From assembly GCA_964605915.1 (NCBI GenBank), contig CAZSET010000003.1:2886-48361 (forward strand): a DNA stretch of 45,476 nt. The letters run 5' to 3'. Origin of the DNA: an uncultured candidatus Brocadiaceae bacterium. GTDB lineage: Bacteria; Planctomycetota; Brocadiia; SM23-32. Positions 8,258-17,270 of this stretch are shown here, piece after piece. The translations under genes and the position numbers were made by a program. Each line of letters starts with the position of its first letter. The first letter of the stretch is position 1. The notes under the pieces are model-generated. The model worked only from the letters and a program-made list of their open reading frames with translations, was not told the DNA's origin and did not search any database.

Positions 8258-9553
8258 CTACTGCCCCGGCCCCAGCCGACCCGTCAGCATCGTCCCTTCC
8301 CGCCCAAGGCAGCGAAGGCGCGCCGCGTGGCCGATCAGTGCGTCCCCACCCGGCGCGGTGAGGCGGACGTAGCGGTCCGTGTAGCCGGCGAGCAGTCCCG
8401 AGCGCGTCCGCCGCTCGAACAGCACGCGCACCGTCCGCCCGACGAAGCTCCCGGCCCACTTGATGGCCATCTCCCGCCCCAGGTCCCTGGCCCGCCCGCT
8501 GCGGTCATGGACGACCTCCGGCGCCACGCGGTCCGGCATATCGGCGGCCGCCGTCCCCGGGCGCGGGCTGAACGGGAAGACGTGCATCCGGCTGAACCGC
8601 GCCCGCCGGCAGACCGCCAGCGTGTTCTGGAACTGCTCCTCCGCCTCGCCCGGGAAACCGACCATCACGTCAGCGGTGATAGCGGGACGGTCCAGACGCT
8701 CGCGGGCCAGGTCCACCACGCCCAGGAACTGTTCCGGCGTGTAGGGCCGGTTCATGCGCCTGAGCACGTCCGCGTCGCCGCTCTGGAGCGGCAGGTGCAG
8801 GTGGGGGCAGACGGCCGGATGGCGCATCGCGTCGAGGAGGTCCTCCGTCACCTCGCGCGCCTCGATGGAGCTAAGCCGCACGCGCTCGACGCCCGGCGTC
8901 TCGGCAACTGCAAGGACCGCGTCGGCAACGGTCGGTGAGGCGTCAAGATCGCGCCCGTACAGGCCGAGGTGGATGCCGGTCAGGACGATCTCCGCGAAGC
9001 CGGCAGCCGCCAGCCGCTCGGCCTCGGCCCTGACACCCGCCAGCGGGTGGCTGCGTGGCTCTCCCCGCACGAAGGGCAAGATGCAGTAGGAGCAGAACGC
9101 GTCGCATCCCTCCTGGATCTTCAGAAACGCCCGCGCCCGGCCGCCGAACGAGCGGATGCCGAAGTCCCCGTCCAGGAGCTGCGGTCCGGCATCGCATGAG
9201 CCGCCATGCACGGCCCGGAGCAGCGCGTCCCACTCCCCGCGCCCGTAGACGCCCGCAACGTCCGCTGCCGCACGCAGATGCTCCGGCGCAGCGCTGGCGT
9301 AGCAGCCCGTGACGAAGACGCGCGCGCCCGGATTCTCCCTGACCAGCCGCGTCGCCCACTGGCGCGACTTGCGGTCCGCCGTCGCGGTCACGGTGCACGT
9401 ATTGAGCAGGCAGACGTCGGGGGGCTCGCCTTCCCTGGCCTCCCGGTAGCCGAGGGATTCGAGCGCCTCGGCCAGCCGGCGTGAATCATAGAGATTCGCC
9501 TTGCAGCCGAGCGTCACGACGCGATAGGTCTGCCCGTTCGGAGGGGACGTCAT
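8258..9553 (-). CDS. mtaB: MiaB/RimO-family radical SAM methylthiotransferase (MtaB-like)
   Basis: UPF0004 N-domain (YRVVTLGCKANLYDS...LLNTCTVT), radical SAM CDAFCSYC and a TRAM-like C-terminus. Start at ATG 9553 (MTSPPNG). Confidence 0.85.
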   Translation of the reverse strand: MTSPPNGQTYRVVTLGCKANLYDSRRLAEALESLGYREAREGEPPDVCLLNTCTVTATADRKSRQWATRLVRENPGARVFVTGCYASAAPEHLRAAADVAGVYGRGEWDALLRAVHGGSCDAGPQLLDGDFGIRSFGGRARAFLKIQEGCDAFCSYCILPFVRGEPRSHPLAGVRAEAERLAAAGFAEIVLTGIHLGLYGRDLDASPTVADAVLAVAETPGVERVRLSSIEAREVTEDLLDAMRHPAVCPHLHLPLQSGDADVLRRMNRPYTPEQFLGVVDLARERLDRPAITADVMVGFPGEAEEQFQNTLAVCRRARFSRMHVFPFSPRPGTAAADMPDRVAPEVVHDRSGRARDLGREMAIKWAGSFVGRTVRVLFERRTRSGLLAGYTDRYVRLTAPGGDALIGHAARLRCLGREGTMLTGRLGPGQ

Positions 9554-9680
9554 GAACCAGAAAGCTCGCAAAGAAAGGGGGACTCGAGCACGATTTGCCG
9601 ATAGCACCGCGCGTGCGCCGGACCGATCGGTTCCTTCGTCGTGCGCGTGGTGTTCGTCGTGGTTCGACGGCGACGTAGGG

Positions 9681-10838
9681 TCACGCGCGGGCGACACCGG
9701 TCTGGCGCGCGGCCCCCGCGACGGCGTCGGCGACGGCGCGATGCACGGCGCGGTCCATGAAGTCCGGCACGAGTTGGCCCTCGGGCGCCAGCGCGGCGAG
9801 GACCGAGGAGGCGGCGATCTTCATCTCTTCGTTGATGTCGCGCGCCCGCGCGTCCAGAGCGCCCCGGAAGATGCCGGGGAAGCCGAGCGCGTTGTTGATG
9901 TGCCGGCCGTCCTCGGCGGCGATGGCGCCGGCCTCCAGGGCTTCGTCCGGCCATATCTCGGGCACCGGGTTGGCCATGGCGAATACGATAGGCCCGGGCG
10001 CCATCGAGCGGACCATCTCCGGCGTCACCGCACCGGCGATGCTGACGCCGATGAAAACGTCCTTGTCCGGCATCACCTCGGCCAGGCTTCCCTTCTGGTT
10101 CGCCCGGTTCGTGATGGCGGCAATCTGCTCCTTGACGGGGTTCATGTTCTCGGTGCGCCCGCGGTAGATCGCACCGGCCCGATCGCACAGGACGACGTCC
10201 GCAATGCCGTAATTCAGCAAGAACCGGGCGACGGCAGAGCCCGCCGCGCCGGCCCCGTTCATCACCACGCGCACGTCGCCGGCCCGCTTGCCCGCGATCT
10301 TCAGGGCGCTGATGAGGGCGGCCAGGACCACCACCGCCGTGCCATGCTGATCGTCGTGGAAGACGGGCACGTCCACGCGCTCCTTGAGCGCGTCCTCGAC
10401 CTCGAAGCACACGGGCGCCGCGATGTCCTCCAGCAGAATGGCGCCGAAGGTCGGAGCGATGGCCGCCACGGCCTCGATCACCTGCGCGGCATCGTGACTA
10501 TCCACCAGCAGTGGCACGGCCGCGATGTCCACCATCTCCATCAAGATGACGCACTTGCCCTCCATGACGGGCATGGCGGCCCTGACGCCGACGTCCCCGA
10601 GGCCGAGCACGGCCGTGCCGTTGGTGACCACGGCCACCGTGTCCGCCACGGACGTATAGTCGTAGAGCTTATCGGGATCGGCCTCGATGATGCGGCTGAC
10701 CTCGGCCACGCCGGGCGTGTAGATCTGGCGCAGGCGCTGCACCGTGTCGAGCCTGAGGCGGCTGGTCATGCGCGTCTTGCCGCCGCGATGCAACCGCAGG
10801 ATGTCGTCCACTTGGGGTTCGGGTTCTCTGCGTTTCAC
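9681..10838 (-). CDS. NAD(P)-dependent malic enzyme (short form, no PTA domain)
   Basis: IYTPGVAEV, GTAVLGLGDVG...PVMEGK, FHDDQHGTAVV, NGAGAAG. GTG start at 10838. Confidence 0.9.
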   Translation of the reverse strand: MKRREPEPQVDDILRLHRGGKTRMTSRLRLDTVQRLRQIYTPGVAEVSRIIEADPDKLYDYTSVADTVAVVTNGTAVLGLGDVGVRAAMPVMEGKCVILMEMVDIAAVPLLVDSHDAAQVIEAVAAIAPTFGAILLEDIAAPVCFEVEDALKERVDVPVFHDDQHGTAVVVLAALISALKIAGKRAGDVRVVMNGAGAAGSAVARFLLNYGIADVVLCDRAGAIYRGRTENMNPVKEQIAAITNRANQKGSLAEVMPDKDVFIGVSIAGAVTPEMVRSMAPGPIVFAMANPVPEIWPDEALEAGAIAAEDGRHINNALGFPGIFRGALDARARDINEEMKIAASSVLAALAPEGQLVPDFMDRAVHRAVADAVAGAARQTGVARA

Positions 10839-11226
10839 CTGAATGGGCCATCACCTGAGAGAGTCGGGATAAGAGGAAGCCCTTTCCGGGGCCGTCTGCC
10901 AGTTATAACTGAGGCGGAGTCGAGGCCGCAAGCACAAACGCATCAAACGGATGCGTGAGGACGGCCGAGGCACGCGGCGCCATGGCGGCGTTGCATTCCG
11001 ACGGCAATGCCTGTATCCTGAGTTGCAGCGCGGCTCTGGAGCAAGGGGAACGTTCTCCACCGGCTGCTGCAGCACCAAACCCCGAAGCGGCAGGCACGTT
11101 GCCCGCCGGTGATTCCGCCGAAGTCAAGCGACAGTCAGCACGCTGGCGCCCTGTCACACGGCGGGGAACCGAAGCGGGCCCGACCTGTGTGACCCCCAAA
11201 CTTGCGCGCGCAAACGGTGCAGGGAT

Positions 11227-12303
11227 ATGATGCAAACGTTGCCGGGCTTGATGGCCGTCCTGACGGATGGGGAATGCGAGAGCGTCAGGCTGCACGGCAG
11301 CGGAGGCGCCGCGACGGCCACGTATCTGCGCCAGGGAGAGGATATTTGGGTCGCCGATGACCTGGAGTCGGACGAGCTGCACACGGCCGAACTGGCCTCC
11401 GCGATACGAAGGGGATTCGGCACGCGTTGGGACGGACTGGACTGCTTTCTCGCCGGCGAGAAGGTCGAGTACGCAATGGAAGGCAGTTCGATCCGGGTGC
11501 GTCGTCTTGCGGCTTCGGCGCCGGGCAGCGGCCCCGAATCGGACGAAGCCGGCCTGAAGGCGGTTGCCGACGCACTGGGCATACCGAAATCGAGGAGGAG
11601 GCACAAGCTCAAGCAGGCGCGTCAGTTCGCCAGGATCGTGGCGACGGCTCTTCCGGAGAGCGGCAAGGAGACGCTTCGCGTGCTGGACCTGGCTTGCGGA
11701 CGCAGCTACCTGGGATTCGTATTGGTGCACGAGCTGAGCGTCGGCGGGCGGAGAGTGGAGCTTCACGGCGTTGACTCGGATCCCGTCCTCGTGCAGAAGT
11801 GCCGCGAGATCGCCGGCGCCCTCGAGTGGCAGAACACCACGTTTGAAGCCGCGGACCTGTCCAGCCATTCGACAGAGCCGGGCACGTACGATATCATGGT
11901 GGCTCTCCACGGCTGCGACACGCTCACCGACGAGGCCCTGAGGATCGGGTGGGAAGCCCGGATCCCCCTTATGTTCGCGGCGCCTTGCTGTCAGCACGAG
12001 CTTCGTCACTTGTGGGGGGCGCACCCGCTGGAGTGGGTATCCCGCTACGGCCTGTTGGAGCAGCGTCTGGCGGACGTGTTGACCGACGCGTTCCGCTGCT
12101 TGGTCTTGGAGGCGCTGGGCTACCGGGTGAAGGTGCTGCGGTTCGCCGCGCCGGACGTCACGCCGAAGAACCTGCTGATCCAGGCGGAGCTCACGGGCGA
12201 GCGGGAGCCCGGCCGCGCGGCTGCAGCGCGCGCCTTCATGAAGCAGTTCGGGGCGCGGCCACGGCTTGCGGCCGTGCTTGAAGCGGCCGAAATGGGACAA
12301 TGA
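11227..12303 (+). CDS. Class I SAM-dependent methyltransferase (Methyltransf_32-like)
   Basis: LRVLDLACGRSYLG (motif I), GVDSDP, ALHGCDTLTD, TPKNLLIQA. The exact start is uncertain (ATG 11227 or 11230). Confidence 0.75.
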   Translation: MMQTLPGLMAVLTDGECESVRLHGSGGAATATYLRQGEDIWVADDLESDELHTAELASAIRRGFGTRWDGLDCFLAGEKVEYAMEGSSIRVRRLAASAPGSGPESDEAGLKAVADALGIPKSRRRHKLKQARQFARIVATALPESGKETLRVLDLACGRSYLGFVLVHELSVGGRRVELHGVDSDPVLVQKCREIAGALEWQNTTFEAADLSSHSTEPGTYDIMVALHGCDTLTDEALRIGWEARIPLMFAAPCCQHELRHLWGAHPLEWVSRYGLLEQRLADVLTDAFRCLVLEALGYRVKVLRFAAPDVTPKNLLIQAELTGEREPGRAAAARAFMKQFGARPRLAAVLEAAEMGQ

Positions 12304-12390
12304 GGTCGGGGTGACCGCGCGGACAGAAACCCATAACGACAGTGCAGCAGCCGGACACAGGCCCCGGAGCACAGCGCGGAGGGCGACAAG

Positions 12391-13785
12391 ATGCTGAAGT
12401 TCGATGAACATACTCGCACGTTGCTGCAGGACGAGCACCTCTTCGAGCTTCACGAGCCGGAAAGTCCCGAGTACTACGACGACGTCTTCCCGCAGGGCCG
12501 CGTGCCGCTCATAGTGTTCAACCACCGGCACGTGCCCATGGTGCCCGCGCCTGAAGTCTGGATAACGGACACGACTTTCCGCGACGGCCAGCAGGCAATG
12601 CCGCCGCTCAGGCCGAAACAGATCGTCGACCTCTATGAGCTCATGCACCAATTGGGCGGCGAGAAGGGGCTGATCCGCCAAAGTGAGTTCTTCCTCTACC
12701 AGCAGCGCGACCGGCAGGCCGTGGAGGAGTGCCTCGCCTTGGGCTACCGGTATCCGGAGGTGACCGCCTGGATCCGAGCCCACCCCAGGGACTTCCAACT
12801 GGTCAAGGACATGGGGCTTCAGGAGACCGGCATCCTGACGAGCGTCAGCGATTACCACATTTTTCACAAGTGGCCGGGCTCGAACAGACGGCAGGCGATC
12901 GACCGCTACCTGGCCATCGTCAAGGACGCCCTCAGCGCCGGCATCCGCTGCCGCTGCCACTTCGAGGACCTGACGCGCGCCGATTTCTACGGGTTCGTGG
13001 TGCCCTTTGCCATCGAGCTGCGCAAGCTGGCCGAAGAGACCGGGATGCCGATCAAGATACGCGCCTGCGACACGATGGGCTACGGCGTGCCGTATCCCGG
13101 CGCTTCGCTGCCGCGCAGCGTGCCCGGCATCATCTACGGCCTGGACCACCACGCGGGCATTCCCAGCGAATGGCTGGAATGGCACGGGCATAATGACTTT
13201 CACAAGGCGTTGGTCAACAGTGCGACCGCCTGGCTCTACGGCTGCGCTGGCGTGAACGCGACGCTCCTGGGCGTGGGCGAACGCACCGGCAACGCGCCGA
13301 TCGAGGCGCTCGTGTTCGAATACCTGGCACTGCGGGGCGACGATCCCACTGTCAACACCCGCGTGATCAGCGAGATTGCCCGTTACTTCCGCAAGGAGAT
13401 CGGCTACGAGATCCCTCCGCAACAGCCGTTTGTCGGCTCACGCTTCAACACCACGCTGGCCGGCATCCACGCCGACGCGCTGGCCAAGGACAACAGGATA
13501 TACACGATATTCGACACCGAGGCACTGCTCGGCGTGCCGGCCGACATCCGCATCACGGACAAGAGCGGGCGCGCCGGCGTGGCGCACTGGATCAACCTGA
13601 ATCTGGAGATCGAAGGCGAAGATCGGATCGACAAGAACCACCCGGGCGTCGCCGCAATGTTCAGCAAGATCTCCGAGCAGTACGAGGACGGCCGGGTCGC
13701 CATCATGAGCGACGAAGAGATGGCCGAGCTTCTCGCTGAGCATATTCCTGAGCTGGCCGAAAGGGCCAGAGCCCTTCTACCATAG
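12391..13785 (+). CDS. HMGL-like enzyme of the isopropylmalate/homocitrate synthase family (possible Re-citrate synthase type)
   Basis: WITDTTFRDGQQ at the barrel start, HFEDLTRAD, HGHNDFHKA and NATLLGVGERTGNAP fit a DRE-TIM metallolyase. No LeuA dimerisation/regulatory tail. Confidence 0.8.
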   Translation: MLKFDEHTRTLLQDEHLFELHEPESPEYYDDVFPQGRVPLIVFNHRHVPMVPAPEVWITDTTFRDGQQAMPPLRPKQIVDLYELMHQLGGEKGLIRQSEFFLYQQRDRQAVEECLALGYRYPEVTAWIRAHPRDFQLVKDMGLQETGILTSVSDYHIFHKWPGSNRRQAIDRYLAIVKDALSAGIRCRCHFEDLTRADFYGFVVPFAIELRKLAEETGMPIKIRACDTMGYGVPYPGASLPRSVPGIIYGLDHHAGIPSEWLEWHGHNDFHKALVNSATAWLYGCAGVNATLLGVGERTGNAPIEALVFEYLALRGDDPTVNTRVISEIARYFRKEIGYEIPPQQPFVGSRFNTTLAGIHADALAKDNRIYTIFDTEALLGVPADIRITDKSGRAGVAHWINLNLEIEGEDRIDKNHPGVAAMFSKISEQYEDGRVAIMSDEEMAELLAEHIPELAERARALLP

Positions 13786-13850
13786 AAGGGCGGCCCCCGG
13801 GCGGCCGCGGGCCGGCTTTCGCCCAAGAGCACCGGAGAGATCGGCGGGGC

Positions 13851-14615
13851 ATGATTGCCATCATCAGCGACGTCCACGGCAACCGCGAAGCGCTGGAAGC
13901 CGTGCTTCAGGAGCTGGACAGGCTCAAGCCCGACGCTGTGATATGCCTCGGCGACAACGTGGGCTACGGGCCTGAACCGATCGAGTGCATAGACGCCGTC
14001 CGCCAGCGATGCACGGTCACCGTCTGCGGCAACCACGACTTCGCCCTCATCTACGGGGCGAACGGATTCAGCCCCGTGGCGCGGGCCAGCATCGAGTATC
14101 ACCGCAGCATCATCATGCCCAGGCCGGACCAGGATGACGCCGACCGGCGCGAAAGGTGGCAGTTCCTCAAGGAAATGCCCTACCGCCACGTGCGCGGAGA
14201 GTTCCTTTTCGTGCACGGGGCCCCCAGGAACCCCGTCACTGAGTACCTCAGGAAGATCGACGTGCTGCTCGGCATGAACAAGAAGCTGACGGAGAACTTC
14301 CAGCAAGTCGACTGGCTCTGTTTCATCGGGCACACGCACCGGCCGGGCGTGATCACGCCGGACATGAGGTTCCTTGAGCCCGGCGAGATGCGCGGCGTCT
14401 TTGAGCCCAAGCCCCGCCAGAAGGCCATCATTAACGTGGGCAGCGTCGGCCAGCCGCGGGACGGGGACTGGCGTGCGTGCTTCGTGACCTTTGAGGAAGG
14501 CGGCCGCGTCCGGTTCCACCGGGTCGAGTACGACATCGACAGCGTGGTCGCGAAGATCCGGGCAACGGGCAGCATCGACGACTCGCTGGCCGACCGCCTG
14601 CGCCGGGGCAGGTGA
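13851..14615 (+). CDS. Metallophosphoesterase (calcineurin-like, YfcE/MJ0936 class)
   Basis: IAIISDVHGN, CLGDNVGYGP, GNHD, VHGAPR, GHTH. Confidence 0.85.
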   Translation: MIAIISDVHGNREALEAVLQELDRLKPDAVICLGDNVGYGPEPIECIDAVRQRCTVTVCGNHDFALIYGANGFSPVARASIEYHRSIIMPRPDQDDADRRERWQFLKEMPYRHVRGEFLFVHGAPRNPVTEYLRKIDVLLGMNKKLTENFQQVDWLCFIGHTHRPGVITPDMRFLEPGEMRGVFEPKPRQKAIINVGSVGQPRDGDWRACFVTFEEGGRVRFHRVEYDIDSVVAKIRATGSIDDSLADRLRRGR

Positions 14616-14646
14616 AAGGCCGCCAGCCGGCGGTGGAGCGCAATAC

Positions 14647-14675
14647 TTGTCCGCGCGCCCTGCCGCAGCTATAAT
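14647..14675 (+). promoter_or_regulatory. Candidate sigma70-type promoter for lysS
   Basis: TTGTCC (14647-14652), 17-nt spacer, TATAAT (14670-14675), followed by the palindrome ccggccccgggccgg. About 95 nt upstream of the lysS start. Confidence 0.45.
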
Positions 14676-14768
14676 CCGGCCCCGGGCCGGTTCCTTCCCG
14701 GTCGCTCCGCCGGCTTCTGTGTCGCACAAAGGAATCCCCTCGGGACCGAGCAGCGCACTTACGCGGAG

Positions 14769-16217
14769 GTGGGCGTGGCCCTCATCGAACCGGAAGACTT
14801 CCGGCTGAGCAAGCTTCAGGAGCTGCGCCGCCTGGGCATCGACGGCTACGGCGGCCGATTCGACGGCGCGGTCCCCGTCCGCGAGCTGACCGACCGCTTC
14901 GACGAGCTGCAGGGAGACAGCGTGCGCGCGGCCGGCAGGATCGCCGCTCTGCGCGGCATGGGCAAGGCGAGCTTCATGGACCTGAAGGACCGCACGGGGA
15001 AGGTCCAACTTTTGTTTCAGCTCAACCGTCTGGGGGAGGAACACTTCCACGTCTGCCAGCAGATCGAACCCGGCGACCTGATCGGCGTTGAGGGGCAGCT
15101 GTCCAAGACGCGCACCGGCGAGATCACGGTTTTCGTGGACCGATTCGAGATCCTGTCCAAGGCGCTTCTGAGCCCGCCGGAGAAATGGCACGGGCTGCGA
15201 GACCAGGAAAAGAGGGCTCGCCAGCGCTACGTGGACCTGTTCACCAACGACGACGTGATGGCCCGCTTCCTGAAGCGCAGCGAAATCGTCCGGGCCATGC
15301 GGGCCTTTCTGCACGAGCGGGGCTACGTCGAGGTGGAAACGCCCATAATGCAGGCCGTGGCGGGCGGCGGAGTGGCCCTGCCGTTCATCACCCACCACAA
15401 CGCGCTCGAACTCGACCTCTACCTGCGCATCGCCATCGAGCTGCACCTCAAGAGGCTGCTGGTGGGCGGCATCGAGAAAGTGTTCGAGATCGGCCGCATC
15501 TTCCGCAACGAGGGAATCTCCAGGGAGCACAGCCCCGAATTCACAATGCTGGAGCTCTACGAGGCCTACGGCGACTACGAGACGATGATGGACCTGACGC
15601 AGGACTTGATCGTCCGCCTGGCCGGCGACGTCTGCGGGTCGCTGTCCCTTCCCTATGACGGGTCTCAGATAGACTTCGCTCCCCCCTGGCCGCGACGCAG
15701 ATTCTGGGACCTTCTGCGGGAGCACGTCGACCTGCGCCGGGGCGACGAGGACGCCATACGCCGCAAGGCAGAGCAACTGAACACTCGTGGCGCACAGACC
15801 GAGCACCCCGACTATCTGGCCTACCAGGTGTTCGAGAAGACCGTGGGCGAGCGCCTGGTCGCCCCCACGTTCGTCATCGACTACCCGAAGAGCATCTCGC
15901 CGCTGGCGAAGGCCAGGGAAGACGACCCGGGGCTGGCCGAGCGGTTCGAACTGTACGTCGGCCGGATGGAGGTCGCACCGGCTTACACGGAGCTGAACGA
16001 CCCGCAGGAGCAGGAGAAGCGCTTCCTTGCACAAGTGGGCCACGAAGACGAGAAGGAGCGAATCGACACGGACTTCCTGCGCGCCCTGGCCTACGGAATG
16101 CCGCCCGCCGGCGGACTGGGGCTCGGCATTGACCGGCTCACCATGCTCCTGACCGACACCACCTCCATCCGCGAGGTCATCCTCTTTCCCCTGTTGCGCC
16201 CCGAAGAAGGGACGTGA
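14769..16217 (+). CDS. lysS: Lysyl-tRNA synthetase (class II)
   Basis: OB N-domain (RAAGRIAALRGMGKASFMDLKDRTGKVQL) and class II motifs (FRNEGISREHSPEFTMLELY, GLGLGIDRL). GTG start at 14769. Confidence 0.95.
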   Translation: MGVALIEPEDFRLSKLQELRRLGIDGYGGRFDGAVPVRELTDRFDELQGDSVRAAGRIAALRGMGKASFMDLKDRTGKVQLLFQLNRLGEEHFHVCQQIEPGDLIGVEGQLSKTRTGEITVFVDRFEILSKALLSPPEKWHGLRDQEKRARQRYVDLFTNDDVMARFLKRSEIVRAMRAFLHERGYVEVETPIMQAVAGGGVALPFITHHNALELDLYLRIAIELHLKRLLVGGIEKVFEIGRIFRNEGISREHSPEFTMLELYEAYGDYETMMDLTQDLIVRLAGDVCGSLSLPYDGSQIDFAPPWPRRRFWDLLREHVDLRRGDEDAIRRKAEQLNTRGAQTEHPDYLAYQVFEKTVGERLVAPTFVIDYPKSISPLAKAREDDPGLAERFELYVGRMEVAPAYTELNDPQEQEKRFLAQVGHEDEKERIDTDFLRALAYGMPPAGGLGLGIDRLTMLLTDTTSIREVILFPLLRPEEGT

Positions 16218-16239
16218 CGCCAGACCGGAGGCATGCGCA

Positions 16240-16938
16240 ATGCCCGGCCGGGTCCTCTTGCGTGCCCACGACCTGGTGAAGGACTACCGCATCGGCCGCT
16301 ACTCGCTGCGCGTTCTGCACGGGGTGTCGATGGAGGTGCGGCAGGGGGAGATGCTGAGCATTGTGGGGCCGAGCGGAGCCGGCAAGAGCACGCTGCTCCA
16401 CTTGCTGGGCATTCTGGACACACCGACGGAGGGCAGGGTGCTCTACGATGGAACGGACCTGGCCCGGCTTTCCTCTGCGGAGCAGGCCTACTGGCGCAAC
16501 CGCCTGTTCGGGTTCGTGTTCCAGTTCTACCATCTCCTGCCGGACTTCACGGCCCTGGAGAACGTGGCCATGCCGGCCCTGGTCGGCACGGGGCTGACGG
16601 GCTGGAGAGCGGCCAGGCGGGAGGCACGCAGCCGGGCCCGCCACATGCTGGATCTGGTGAAGCTGGGGGAGCGGGCCGGCCACCGCCCCAACCAGCTCTC
16701 GGGCGGCGAGAGACAGCGCGTCGCCATCGCGCGCGCCCTCATCAACCGGCCGGAAGTGCTGCTGTGCGACGAGCCGACGGGGAACCTCGACACGGACACC
16801 GGGCGGCAGATACTGGACCTGCTGGGCGAGGTGCGAGAGCGAACCGCGTGCACGCTCGTCATCGTTACCCACGACGAACGGGTGGCCGCCACCGGAGAGC
16901 GCGCCGTGCACCTGGTGGACGGCCGCGTCGCGGACTGA
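16240..16938 (+). CDS. ABC transporter ATP-binding protein (LolD/MacB-type)
   Basis: Walker A GPSGAGKST, signature LSGGERQR, Walker B LLCDEPTGNLD, H-loop VTHD. Confidence 0.85.
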   Translation: MPGRVLLRAHDLVKDYRIGRYSLRVLHGVSMEVRQGEMLSIVGPSGAGKSTLLHLLGILDTPTEGRVLYDGTDLARLSSAEQAYWRNRLFGFVFQFYHLLPDFTALENVAMPALVGTGLTGWRAARREARSRARHMLDLVKLGERAGHRPNQLSGGERQRVAIARALINRPEVLLCDEPTGNLDTDTGRQILDLLGEVRERTACTLVIVTHDERVAATGERAVHLVDGRVAD

Positions 16939-16957
16939 ATGGAGCGGGAACTCTCCG

Positions 16958-17129
16958 CTAAGGCGCTATTGCAGAACCCGCTCCGTCGGCCCGAGGTCGA
17001 GCGAGAACGCCGAGGGCAAGGAGGCCGAAGCAGGCGATTCAAAGGCCAGAATCGCCGATGCAGGCCGACACAGCCCTTCGGTGCTCGCAGCCGGCCGAAG
17101 CCAGGATGGGGTTTTGCAGCAGCGCCTAA
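16958..17129 (+). repeat. 172-nt rod-like interspersed repeat, copy A (structured RNA or MITE-like element)
   Basis: 168/172 identical to 44206-44377. It folds as one long imperfect hairpin (about 51 bp) with the apex loop at element nt 83-92. TAA lies at both ends. See findings. Confidence 0.85.
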
Positions 17130-17135
17130 AGAGGG

Positions 17136-17162
17136 TTGCAACCGGAGCTGTTTCCGTATAAT
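17136..17162 (+). promoter_or_regulatory. Candidate promoter for ilvE
   Basis: TTGCAA (17136-17141), 15-nt spacer (short), TATAAT (17157-17162), about 110 nt upstream of the ilvE ATG. Confidence 0.3.
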
Positions 17163-17270
17163 CTACTCCGTCGCAAAGATCCGAGTCGGGCGCCTGGTAG
17201 GGTCGGGGCCGGATTCTGGGGGATTCTGACGGCCTCCGGAAGCCTGCACGCGCAGACAAAGGAGCGGGAA

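Noticed and set aside
6778-8361. 527-aa + ORF, plus similar ORFs at 24557-25960 and 25979-27082
   Set aside because: They are antisense to the large methyltransferase and the two GNAT genes respectively. No motifs, so they are shadow ORFs.
10903-16043. 839-aa (10903-13422) and 879-aa (13404-16043) minus-strand ORFs
   Set aside because: They are antisense to the SAM-methyltransferase, HMGL synthase, metallophosphoesterase and lysS genes. They have low-complexity composition and no recognisable domains, so they are shadow ORFs.
17151-17161. 11-mer TTTCCGTATAA shared by the ilvE promoter (17151-17161) and the island methyltransferase promoter (32397-32407)
   Set aside because: It is striking for an AT-rich 11-mer in this genome, but there are only two occurrences and both are simply a -10 box plus upstream T/C run. 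That is not enough to call a regulatory motif. A genome-wide motif count is needed.
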